A stretch of DNA of 64,000 nt from Candidatus Poribacteria bacterium (GTDB taxonomy: Bacteria; Poribacteria; WGA-4E; WGA-3G): positions 2,464,001 to 2,528,000 of the forward strand of contig OZ240248.1 of NCBI GenBank assembly GCA_965198235.1. The letters run 5' to 3'. The notes beneath the pieces were generated by a model. It ran no database searches. It was not told where the DNA came from and was given only the letters and a program-made list of their open reading frames with translations. Below, in pieces: positions 51,508 through 60,511 of this stretch (position 1 is its first letter; every line of letters starts with the position of its first letter). The translations under genes were made by a program, and so were the position numbers.

Positions 51508-51658
51508 TAATTATTAGGTTTTCGCTCTGCGCTCCGCTTCGCTTACACGCAGGTTTCTGGTGATGCTAAAGACGTAACCTGCAACAACGGCGCAGGCGGA
51601 TATACGGAAAGGTACTTCAATATCCAAACCTACCTCACCGAACCGCAAGGTATAATTA
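51508..51658. repeat. ~150 bp MITE-like intergenic element
   Basis: TAATTA at both ends; left part resembles 16679-16730 and 14363-14412; right part resembles 43184-43240 in inverse orientation. Confidence 0.55.
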
Positions 51659-52561
51659 AAAAGTGGCAATCAAAAAAATGCCGAGTACCATCACAACAGC
51701 CGCGATGAATCGGCGTTTTGTATAAGTTTCTTTTAAGGCGTATCCACCGAGCAAAACAACGAAAATGACAGAACACTGCCGAACCGCAGTCACGTAGCTG
51801 ACCTTTTCTGTCATCAAAGTGTAGAGAATGAGCGAATAGGATACCAACGAGAGTCCAACAACAGCGAGTGCCCGCTTCCATTCCGTTCGTCCAATCTGGA
51901 TAATTTGCTGGTGTGGAAACCGGACGAGGATGAACGTTCCATAAAGAACTTGCGCGCAAGCATTTTCCATCAAATAGTAGGTCACGGCGCGCCATAAAAG
52001 TGCCTCTGTCGAGTAGCGATGAAATTCAGACATCCCTTGCTTGTCTATCAGTGAGTATGCGATAACGCTGGCAAGGGTGGCATAAGCCCAAAGGGCATCA
52101 TGGTCGCGAAGGAAACGAAAGAATGCTTTGAACTGGATGCGCGCTTCGCGTTGTTGATAGAGGAGTATGGAAGCCATCACACATAAGATACCTATCAAGC
52201 CTTGCTCGGAAATTCGTTCCTTTAGGAAAAGAAAGGCAAAGAGTGGTAGGAAAGCTGGTGCGGCGCGCGTAATAGGATAGATAAATGAAATCTCGCCAAT
52301 GGTATAAGCGTGCGTCAAAGACAGCTTGTATAACAGGTGGACAAAGGCGGAGCCAGCAATATAGACCCATACCGGTTTCGGAACCACCGGTTGCTTGATA
52401 CCAAAGGCGATGAACGCTATTACTAAGGTGTAAAATCCGCACCAAAAAAAGAGGATGCGTGTGTCTCTGCTGGATTTGCTGTAGAAATTCCATAAGGCGT
52501 GGCAAAATGCTGACAGCAGAATTAAGGCAATTGAAGTAAAGGTCATAGGACCCCTTGTCAT
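51656..52561 (-). CDS. DMT/EamA family transporter
   Basis: SAFCHALWN, GEISFIYPI.R, about 10 TM segments. Confidence 0.85.
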   Translation of the reverse strand: MTRGPMTFTSIALILLSAFCHALWNFYSKSSRDTRILFFWCGFYTLVIAFIAFGIKQPVVPKPVWVYIAGSAFVHLLYKLSLTHAYTIGEISFIYPITRAAPAFLPLFAFLFLKERISEQGLIGILCVMASILLYQQREARIQFKAFFRFLRDHDALWAYATLASVIAYSLIDKQGMSEFHRYSTEALLWRAVTYYLMENACAQVLYGTFILVRFPHQQIIQIGRTEWKRALAVVGLSLVSYSLILYTLMTEKVSYVTAVRQCSVIFVVLLGGYALKETYTKRRFIAAVVMVLGIFLIATF

Positions 52562-52613
52562 TTGTAGTTAACGATCTTGTATCGTTCTTTTTTTAACCCT
52601 ACAGGAGGTAATT

Positions 52614-53570
52614 ATGTTCAAAAAATCAAAAAAATACCAGTTTTTTATTCTATGTGGGCTTGTCTTCGGTATACTTGCCCTCACAGCAACTGTTACCCTC
52701 ACACAAGAATCGTGGTTTCCGTCCGAATGGGGTGCCGATGATCGGCGGGGTGCCGTAAACCGATTAACGCCAGAGAAAGTATTGGAAGCCGCGAGTTTGA
52801 TTAAAACGGGTGAAGTCTATCAACTCGGCAGAGTCTATGAAAGCGGTATCCCCGTCTTCGGAACGCGGCATTATAGCCTGCGAATTCCAGCGATGTCAGG
52901 TCCGCTCGGTGAAAACAAAACGACGTGGTTTGAGGAGATCTTCAGTGGCGAGATCGGTCAGGTCGGTACGCAGTTTGATGGACTTGGCCACATCGGCATT
53001 GGCGACCTCTACTACAACGGATTGCACCAGCGCGATTTCGCGAAAGCTGAAGGACTCACGGAACTCGGTGTTGAGAACGTGGGACCCATCGTGACGCGTG
53101 GTGTCCTCATTGATGTCGCTGGTTATAAAGGCGTTGAACATCTTAGCGATAGCTATGAAATTACACGCCCTGATCTGGAGGGTGCGCTGAAAAAACAGGG
53201 CGTTCAGATTACCCCCGGTGATGTCGCTATCATTCACACCGGCTGGGGTAAATTCTGGATGACGGATAATGATCGCTACAATACCACGGAACCCGGTATC
53301 GGGTTAGAAGCAGGGCAATACCTCGTCGACCAGAAGATTGTAATGTTGTGTTGCGATAACTGGGGAATCGAGGTCGTCCCGAATCCTGATGAGACCCTCG
53401 CGTTTCCAGTGCATCAACTGTTTATTGTCAAACACGGTATCTATAACCTTGAGAACATTATCACGGAGGAGTTGGCGGCAGCGAAGGTTTACGAATTCGC
53501 CTTCAGTTTCGCACCACTGCGTCTCAAAGGCGCAACCGGTTCCCCCGGCAATCCGATCGCTATTCGATAG
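52614..53570 (+). CDS. Secreted cyclase-family (kynurenine formamidase-like) metallohydrolase
   Basis: GTQFDGLGH, GIYNLE, GATGSPGNPIA. Confidence 0.85.
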   Translation: MFKKSKKYQFFILCGLVFGILALTATVTLTQESWFPSEWGADDRRGAVNRLTPEKVLEAASLIKTGEVYQLGRVYESGIPVFGTRHYSLRIPAMSGPLGENKTTWFEEIFSGEIGQVGTQFDGLGHIGIGDLYYNGLHQRDFAKAEGLTELGVENVGPIVTRGVLIDVAGYKGVEHLSDSYEITRPDLEGALKKQGVQITPGDVAIIHTGWGKFWMTDNDRYNTTEPGIGLEAGQYLVDQKIVMLCCDNWGIEVVPNPDETLAFPVHQLFIVKHGIYNLENIITEELAAAKVYEFAFSFAPLRLKGATGSPGNPIAIR

Positions 53571-53741
53571 TTTCTTATGATGGGGCAGCAGCCGCGCTGT
53601 CCCATCATCCTTTCTTTTTTCCCATCCGCATTTGCACAAATCCGTGCAGGCATATTCCTGTTTGCCCCATTTCGTGCAGTCATCACCCACGCTCAACCCA
53701 CTAAATCCGTAATATCTCCTGTTTTTTCCATTATTTTAAAT

Positions 53742-53757
53742 TGGCATAGAAATTGCT
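53742..53757 (+). promoter_or_regulatory. Sigma-54 (-24/-12) promoter
   Basis: TGGCAT-AGAAA-TTGCT upstream of a lipoprotein gene. Confidence 0.65.
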
Positions 53758-53783
53758 ATTTACTTGGCAAGGTTAACAAGGAG

Positions 53784-54305
53784 ATGTTCGTTGTGGTGAC
53801 CCGAGTTTTCCAGCAGACCTTTTTGAAAATGCACAGATTTGCGTTCACTTTACATTTCGCGTTTATCACAAGCATTTTGCTGGCAGGATGTACGGCACCG
53901 GCACATTTGAGGCATAGGTCACATCCCTCTACCTCAGAACTCTCGTCGGAAGAGAAAATGCAGCAAACTGTGGACGCATGGAAGGGAACGCACATTTCAA
54001 AGGCTGTTCAGAAATGGGGATCACCGAACGAAGTTAGCGATGACGGGACAGGTTGGCAAATCTACGTTTGGCAAATACCTGTATTAAGGTACTTAGGCAA
54101 TCAGGAGCACAGAATGATACCTCGACCAGGGCAACGGAGACCTTCCAGACAGGACCTTGGCGGTTTGCGGCAGGGGGTGGGTAGGGCATACCTGTCCACA
54201 GGCTACGCATACGAGATTACATTTTATACGCGTCCAAGCGGCATAATTTACAAAACACTTGCAAAAAAGAATCATGATGCCGCAAGTGAACTCTATTGGA
54301 AGTAG
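53784..54305 (+). CDS. Hypothetical lipoprotein; start uncertain
   Basis: LLAGC lipobox; W.G.HIS.AVQKWGSP. Confidence 0.6.
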   Translation: MFVVVTRVFQQTFLKMHRFAFTLHFAFITSILLAGCTAPAHLRHRSHPSTSELSSEEKMQQTVDAWKGTHISKAVQKWGSPNEVSDDGTGWQIYVWQIPVLRYLGNQEHRMIPRPGQRRPSRQDLGGLRQGVGRAYLSTGYAYEITFYTRPSGIIYKTLAKKNHDAASELYWK

Positions 54306-54455
54306 GGGGCGAGTTTCCGTAAAAGAACGCAATAAGTCGTCTTGGACTTGAAGAACTCTTGAAAAAGGTATCATTGAGGCAGGCGAAACCTGCATTGGCG
54401 GTAAGTCTCGTATTTGGACCTACATTGAGCCAAAATGAAACGGAGGTAAAAACCA

Positions 54456-55031
54456 ATGTCAAGTAGAACTTATTCTTTGCGCATATGTGTGGCAATCGGA
54501 GTGTGGCTACTCACAGTAGGTTGCGCATCCTTATATCAGTCATTTCCGAGACGGATAGAGGCTACACGCTTGTCCTGCTGGGCATATCCAGAGATCGTTG
54601 ATGGCAATCTTGCTACAACCAATAGCTTGAAAGTAAAGAGTGGGAACAGGGATAGTATCCAATATGGCGATTGGTTGGAAGGGAAAGATAAGGCTGTGGC
54701 ATGGATTCAACTTGACACGCTTACGCCTGTTGCTTACATCAAGGTGCGTCCGGTTTCACGTATTTATCGTCTCTCAGTAGATACAACGACCGCAGAGTTC
54801 GGCATAGATCATGGAAAATCATATCTCTTTGAGCCAGTGAAAAGTCATAAGATCGCTAAATCCGAGGATGGTGCAGTGATACATATTGACATTGACAGAC
54901 CAGTTCGGATACTGCGAGTTTCTATCTATGCCAATCGTGATTTAGCAGGTGCTACACGAGAACCATTGACTCATGAAATGAAAGCTCCCTTCGAGGATAT
55001 TGTGATTCGGGAAATTCAGGTGTATCAGTGA
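54456..55031 (+). CDS. Hypothetical lipoprotein (discoidin-like)
   Basis: TVGC lipobox, IVDGNLAT, terminal IREIQVY; GGAGG RBS. Confidence 0.6.
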   Translation: MSSRTYSLRICVAIGVWLLTVGCASLYQSFPRRIEATRLSCWAYPEIVDGNLATTNSLKVKSGNRDSIQYGDWLEGKDKAVAWIQLDTLTPVAYIKVRPVSRIYRLSVDTTTAEFGIDHGKSYLFEPVKSHKIAKSEDGAVIHIDIDRPVRILRVSIYANRDLAGATREPLTHEMKAPFEDIVIREIQVYQ

Positions 55032-55855
55032 TGAAAATACCCACAATTTCAATTGCATCGCATCGCATCACGCGACTCATTATCGGCGGCAACCCGTATA
55101 GTGGCATCTCACACCGCTCCGTGACGGCATCGGAAGCCATGGAGGATTACTATACAACGCGCCAAATTATGGTAGACCTCCGGCAAGCAGAGGAGAACGG
55201 AATTAACACCGTCCTCGCTCGTGCTGACAGGCATATCATGCGGACCCTCAACGAATACTGGAACGCAGGCGGCACAATTCAGTGGATTGCCCAAACACCA
55301 AAAGATACAGAGTACGCAAACCTCGACGAATACCTACAGATTATCGCACGCTATAAACCGATTGCTATCTACCACCACGGTGGCACAACCGATAAATTGT
55401 ATGCCGAAGGACGACTCGGTTCCTTACGCGATGGGCTCAAACGTATCCGCGACCTCGGTTGTGCAGTCGGAATCGGTACGCATGATCCGCAGGTTCTCAA
55501 GTACTGCTACACTGAAGGATATGATGTTGACTTTTATGTCTGTGCGTTGTATAATCATACAAAACATAGAGAACTCTATCTGCCGAACGATCGGGATGCA
55601 GCATTCGTCGCCATAGAAGCGATACCGCTACCGGTAATTGCCATAAAGGTATTAGCCGCTGGTAGGAACGAGCCACGTGAAGCCTTTCAACTCGCGCTTG
55701 AGAATATCAAACCGACGGATGCCATGGCGGTCGGCATGTACACCCAATTTCAATCAGACCAGATCCACCAGAATGCAGTAACTGTTGCAAAATTATTGTC
55801 TGAATCAGAATTATCAGGATTCGAGGATTTACGGGATTTGAGAAAAGATCGTTAG
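55028..55855 (+). CDS. Aldo/keto-reductase-like TIM-barrel protein
   Basis: ITRLIIGGNP, VGIGTH, IAIKVLAAGR. Confidence 0.6.
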   Translation: MMKIPTISIASHRITRLIIGGNPYSGISHRSVTASEAMEDYYTTRQIMVDLRQAEENGINTVLARADRHIMRTLNEYWNAGGTIQWIAQTPKDTEYANLDEYLQIIARYKPIAIYHHGGTTDKLYAEGRLGSLRDGLKRIRDLGCAVGIGTHDPQVLKYCYTEGYDVDFYVCALYNHTKHRELYLPNDRDAAFVAIEAIPLPVIAIKVLAAGRNEPREAFQLALENIKPTDAMAVGMYTQFQSDQIHQNAVTVAKLLSESELSGFEDLRDLRKDR

Positions 55856-55892
55856 TGCTTTGTCAATTTTGAAATTGAAGGGAATTAAGTTC

Positions 55893-55920
55893 GTAGTAGG
55901 GCAATTCATTGCCCTACTAC
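55893..55920. repeat. GTAG REP-like palindrome
   Basis: GTAGTAGGGCAAT-TC-ATTGCCCTACTAC; related copies at 20860 and 46700. Confidence 0.75.
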
Positions 55921-55948
55921 AAACACACCCTTGGAAAGACACAACGCA

Positions 55949-56602
55949 ATGAACCGAATTGTAGAACCGGAAGTCATGGATACCGCGGAAGCCGCCGAAG
56001 CCTACGATGCGATGGAGCACGGTGAGGTCGACCGAGCTTTTGTGGACCGTGTTGTCGCTCTCGGTGCGAGCACTGGACATTTTCTTGATGTCGGCACCGG
56101 TCCCGCGCAGATTCCGATCCTACTCGCACAACGTTGTCCGGATATCCATATCACCGCCATCGACTTGTCTGAAGAAATGTTAAAGATAGCGAAACGCCAC
56201 GTCGCAGATGTCGGTCTCACCGATCGGATAACCCTCGAACTCGTCGATGCCAAGACCCTACCCTACCCCGATAACACCTTTGACGGACTCATCTCCAACA
56301 GCATTGTACATCACATCCACGATGCGATGACAGCACTCCAAGAGATGGGCAGAGTTGCGCGTCCCAAAGGAACTGTTCTTATCCGCGACCTCATCCGTCC
56401 TGAAACGCCCGCAGATGCACAAGCCTTTGTTGATCGCTATACTGCAGATGACACCCCTTATCAACAGAAATTGTATTACGACTCCTTCCTTGCCGCGTTC
56501 ACCATTGCCGAAGTCAACGAGATGCTGACACAGATGGACATGCCGGGTGCCGCCGTCGTCCAAAGCACTGACCGGCATTGGTCTATTGAGCGTGCTGTCT
56601 AA
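55949..56602 (+). CDS. Class I SAM-dependent methyltransferase
   Basis: LDVGTGPA, AIDLS, DAKTLPY, SNSIVHH. Confidence 0.88.
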   Translation: MNRIVEPEVMDTAEAAEAYDAMEHGEVDRAFVDRVVALGASTGHFLDVGTGPAQIPILLAQRCPDIHITAIDLSEEMLKIAKRHVADVGLTDRITLELVDAKTLPYPDNTFDGLISNSIVHHIHDAMTALQEMGRVARPKGTVLIRDLIRPETPADAQAFVDRYTADDTPYQQKLYYDSFLAAFTIAEVNEMLTQMDMPGAAVVQSTDRHWSIERAV

Positions 56603-56610
56603 TCAATCTT

Positions 56611-56987
56611 CCCGCCAAGACCCCATGCTTCAGCTTGGGGATGTAGGCGGGTTTTCACTTTTCCCTTGACATAAGTCGTCAAAAACGTTAGAATAATCTT
56701 GTAGTGCAAGGTTGCGAGTTAGGCTGCTGTTTGCTACCCCCGTGTGTGACTCGTGTAAAGCTACAGCACAAGACGGAAAAGAAACAGCATGCTGTATGTC
56801 ATATTTGAGTGTAATGGACACAACAGGTCAAAGTGTTGGTCCGATAAAGTTCACTCTCAGAACAAAAAGGCACTTTTTAGTGCGAGGCTCGCTTAGTGCG
56901 CCTCTGTGGAGCAGACGTAAGACCTTCCTCGGAAAGCAGACTGCGATGAAGCACAAGCCCCACCCTTTAGGGTGTGGGTGCTATGAC
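56611..56987 (+). mobile_element. Non-autonomous IS200/IS605-derived element without tnpA or tnpB
   Basis: Left-end hairpin CCCGCC..CCCCA-TGCTTCAGCT-TGGGG..GGCGGG; right end GTAAGACC...GAAGCACAAGCCCCACCCTTTAGGGTGTGGG...TGAC; tnpB-tail remnant CGADVRP at 56905-56925. Confidence 0.7.
56666..56694 (+). promoter_or_regulatory. Near-consensus sigma-70 promoter inside the IS605-like element
   Basis: TTGACA-17bp-TAGAAT. Confidence 0.7.
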
Positions 56988-57048
56988 AATAGTTACAAAT
57001 CCCCAAGATTCAAATCCAAAATTTTGCACTTCCATAGGAGAAATCGCA

Positions 57049-57795
57049 ATGCCCAAAGTTACATTAGTATTGTCACTATGCTTGCTTTTAATTCTTACCA
57101 GCCTCAGCATCGCCAACGTTGCAGAAGACGGACTCGTCGCTTATTGGCCCTTTGATGAAGGCAAGGGTAAAGAAGCCATAGATCTCACAGGCAACGGACA
57201 CGACGGAGAGTTTAACGGTAAGCCGAAATGGGTTGAGGGAAAGTTCGGGACCGGGCTTGAATTTGACGGTGTGCAGGACCATGTCGTTGTCGCAGACGAT
57301 CCTGCCTTCGCAATCGAGGAAAATATTACCCTCATGGCGTGGTTCAGCCCAAACGATTCACTCACCGGTCACCGCTTAATGAGTAAAAATAACTCCATCT
57401 TCGTCATCTTTGACTTCGGTAATGCAGACAGCATCGATTTTCTTGTCAAACCGAACAATACTTTCGCTCAATCCACAACGACCGATTGGAAAGTCGGTGA
57501 ATGGTATCACTTCGCAGGCACCTTTGATGGAAAAACAATGAAGGTTTACATAAACGGCAAACTCGAAGGTGACGCTGCCAACAATGTACCGATTGCTCCT
57601 TCCCCTTTAGAACTCTGGATTGGTGGCGATGATCTCGGCAACGCCACCGACCACTTCCCCGGCAAAATTGATGAAGTGCGACTCTATGAGAAAACCTTAA
57701 GCGAAGCCGACATCCAAAAGGTCATGGAGACACCGCAGGATGTAGAAGCGCGTGGGAAACTCACCACAACATGGGGGAAAATAAAAGGTCTTTAA
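57049..57795 (+). CDS. Secreted LamG/concanavalin A-like domain protein
   Basis: GLVAYWPFDEG.G, GKFG.GLEFDG, WYHFAGTFDG, GKIDEVRLY; tail VEARGKLTTTWGKIK. Confidence 0.9.
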   Translation: MPKVTLVLSLCLLLILTSLSIANVAEDGLVAYWPFDEGKGKEAIDLTGNGHDGEFNGKPKWVEGKFGTGLEFDGVQDHVVVADDPAFAIEENITLMAWFSPNDSLTGHRLMSKNNSIFVIFDFGNADSIDFLVKPNNTFAQSTTTDWKVGEWYHFAGTFDGKTMKVYINGKLEGDAANNVPIAPSPLELWIGGDDLGNATDHFPGKIDEVRLYEKTLSEADIQKVMETPQDVEARGKLTTTWGKIKGL

Positions 57796-57806
57796 AAGGA
57801 ATTTAC

Positions 57807-59426
57807 ATGGCGACCCAGCAGAAACGCCCCGTCGTTCTCATCATTCGAGACGGTTGGGGCAATAATCCGTATCCCGAATTTCAGCACGCGAACGCCGTTC
57901 ATCTCGCAAAAACACCCGTAGATGACTGGCTACGACAAAACTATCCGAACGTCCAAATCCATACCTCTGGCGAAAATGTCGGTTTACCCCCTGGTGTCAT
58001 TGGCAACAGTGAAGTCGGGCATCAGAACATTGGGGCAGGACGCATCGTGAATCAAGAACTCCTCCGTATCAGCACCATGATCCGCTCCGGCGAGTTTACT
58101 CAGAATAAGGTGCTTTTAGACGCAATTGCCCATGTCAAAAAGCACGGAACACATCTCCATCTCATGGGGTTAGCAAGCGACGCTGGCGTTCACAGTTCAC
58201 TTGAACATTTATATGCACTACTCACACTCGCCAAGACGAACGGACTCAAGGCTAATCAGGTCTTGATTCACAATTTCAGTGATGGACGGGATTGTCAACC
58301 CGACCTCGGTATCCAGTTCTGTGAGCAGATTGAAGCGAAATTGAAAGAGATCGGCATCGGACAAATTGCCTCGGTTGTTGGTCGCTATTATGCAATGGAC
58401 CGGGATGACCGGTGGGAGCGCGTTGAGGTGGCGTATCGTCTCTTGACCGAAGGTGTCGGCGACCGCGTCGCTACCGCCACAGATGCCTATCGTGACTATT
58501 ACGAGAACCCCGATGACACCAACCGTAAAGGCGATGAATTCGTCCGTCCGTCTGTAGTTGTTGACAGCGACGGTGAACCGCTGCCTCGCATCGCCGACGG
58601 AGATGCCGTCGTTTTCTATAACTTCCGGGGTGATCGCCCCAGAGAACTCACCAAAGCGTTTTGTCTTGATGAATTCCCGTTTCAAGGGGAAGGGAAAGAT
58701 GGTGTCACTCGACAGATGGGCTTTAAACGGAATTGCAAACCGAGCGTTAAGTTTGTTACAATGACCGAGTACGAGCAGGGAATGCCCGTTGAAGCGGCTG
58801 TCAAAAAACCACCCAAAATGCAGAATACACTCGGTACCTACGTCAGCCAAGCAGGATTAACGCAATTCCGATGCGCAGAGACCGAGAAATTTCCACACGT
58901 TACCTTCTTTTTCAACGACTACCGAGATGAACCATACAAAGGCGAAGATCGGCAGATCATCGCCTCCCCACGTGACGTGACTACCTACGACCAAAAACCA
59001 GAGATGTCAGCACCGGGCGTGACGGCGGAAATGTTGCGCCGAATCGGCTCCGATAAATATGACTTGATCGTGCTCAACTACGCCAATGGTGACATGGTTG
59101 GGCATACCGGTTCGCTTTCAGCTGCTATTAAGGCAGTTGAGGCAGTTGATACAGGGGTCGGAAAGATCGTCGATGCCGTGCTTAAGAAGGACGGCGCGCT
59201 CATCGTCACCGCAGACCACGGTAACTGTGAGCAGATGATTGATCCAGGAACCGGCGGTATCCACACCTCACATACCACGTATGACGTAGATCTTATCGTT
59301 GTTGATAACCAACGCAAGGAACAACAACTCCGTGAAGGCGGGCGGCTTGCCGACATTGCACCCACAACACTCCGCCTTCTCGGTTTGGCGCAACCCACTG
59401 AAATGACAGGTGAATCACTAATCTAA
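57807..59426 (+). CDS. gpmI: 2,3-bisphosphoglycerate-independent phosphoglycerate mutase
   Basis: DGWG, GNSEVGH, GRYYAMDRD, AETEK, DMVGHTG, ADHGN. Confidence 0.96.
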   Translation: MATQQKRPVVLIIRDGWGNNPYPEFQHANAVHLAKTPVDDWLRQNYPNVQIHTSGENVGLPPGVIGNSEVGHQNIGAGRIVNQELLRISTMIRSGEFTQNKVLLDAIAHVKKHGTHLHLMGLASDAGVHSSLEHLYALLTLAKTNGLKANQVLIHNFSDGRDCQPDLGIQFCEQIEAKLKEIGIGQIASVVGRYYAMDRDDRWERVEVAYRLLTEGVGDRVATATDAYRDYYENPDDTNRKGDEFVRPSVVVDSDGEPLPRIADGDAVVFYNFRGDRPRELTKAFCLDEFPFQGEGKDGVTRQMGFKRNCKPSVKFVTMTEYEQGMPVEAAVKKPPKMQNTLGTYVSQAGLTQFRCAETEKFPHVTFFFNDYRDEPYKGEDRQIIASPRDVTTYDQKPEMSAPGVTAEMLRRIGSDKYDLIVLNYANGDMVGHTGSLSAAIKAVEAVDTGVGKIVDAVLKKDGALIVTADHGNCEQMIDPGTGGIHTSHTTYDVDLIVVDNQRKEQQLREGGRLADIAPTTLRLLGLAQPTEMTGESLI

Positions 59427-59457
59427 TTTATTCCTATGAAACTAAGGAGGTTTTGGC

Positions 59458-60453
59458 ATGTCCACACCGATTGACCAACAAGTTAGCAGGGATTTCAGGC
59501 TATTCGCTGGGAGCGCGAACCCGGCATTGGCGAAGGAAATCGCTGCAATTTTAGGCGTTGAACTCGGTAAAATTACAATCGGTCCGTTTCCGAACGATGA
59601 GACTCGCGTCCAGATTGAGGAAAGTATCCGAGGTACGGATATTTATGTTGTGCAGCCAACAAGTCAACCTGCCAATGAAAACCTGATGGAGTTGCTCATC
59701 ACGATTGATGCGATGAAACGTGCGTCAGCCCGGCAGATTACCGCAATTATTCCGTATTTTGGGTATTCCCGCCAAGATCATAAAACAACAGGACGCGAAC
59801 CAATCAGTGCCAAGCTTGTAGCCAATCTATTGACGACAGCAGGTGCGAGTCGGGTCATGGCTCTGGACCTACATGTGCCACAGATACAGGGCTTCTTCGA
59901 TATCCCTATGGATCACCTGACTGCCGTGACGACTTTGGTAAATTACTTCCGCGAGAAGCAGGTCGAAAATGGCGTAATTGTTGCCCCCGACGCGGGCCGC
60001 GCTAAGTTAGCAGAGAAATACGCCGATATGCTTGGGCTTCCGTTAGCCATCATGCACAAACGACGAACCGGTATTGATGGGCAGAGCGTTAAATTCGTCG
60101 AACTTGTTGGGGATGTCAAAGGGAAAACCCCAATTATCACCGACGATGAAATACAAACGGGCGGAACTATTCGCCAACAAGCCATGGCGTTGGCAGAGGC
60201 TGGTGCAGAGCCTGCTTATGTGAGTATCGCACACCCGATATTGGTTGGTCCGGCGTTGGAACGCCTCGATCACTCGTCAATTCGTGAGGTGGTCACCACC
60301 AATACGATCCCTGTTCCTGCTGAAAAGCAGTTGGATGGGAAAGTTAAGGTGCTTTCTATCGCGCCACTCCTCTCGCAAGCCATATTGAGAGTACATCAAC
60401 ATCGATCAGTGAGTCAGGTTTTCCGGGATCAGCACCTTGATTTCCCCGTCTAA
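59458..60453 (+). CDS. prs: Ribose-phosphate pyrophosphokinase
   Basis: PYFGYSRQD, DLH..QIQGFF, APDAG, DDEIQTGGT. Confidence 0.95.
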   Translation: MSTPIDQQVSRDFRLFAGSANPALAKEIAAILGVELGKITIGPFPNDETRVQIEESIRGTDIYVVQPTSQPANENLMELLITIDAMKRASARQITAIIPYFGYSRQDHKTTGREPISAKLVANLLTTAGASRVMALDLHVPQIQGFFDIPMDHLTAVTTLVNYFREKQVENGVIVAPDAGRAKLAEKYADMLGLPLAIMHKRRTGIDGQSVKFVELVGDVKGKTPIITDDEIQTGGTIRQQAMALAEAGAEPAYVSIAHPILVGPALERLDHSSIREVVTTNTIPVPAEKQLDGKVKVLSIAPLLSQAILRVHQHRSVSQVFRDQHLDFPV

Positions 60454-60511
60454 TTTGTAGGTTACCCAACTCGCCGCTGAGAACTGACTCACGTGATGGA
60501 CAGGCGGGCAC

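Noticed and set aside
53577-53783. N-terminal extension of the 242 aa ORF
   Set aside because: It spans the intergenic region containing the sigma-54 promoter; the lipobox supports a later start
56712-57155. 147 aa ORF across the IS605-like element
   Set aside because: No RuvC or HUH motifs and no RBS; it overlaps the LamG gene out of frame
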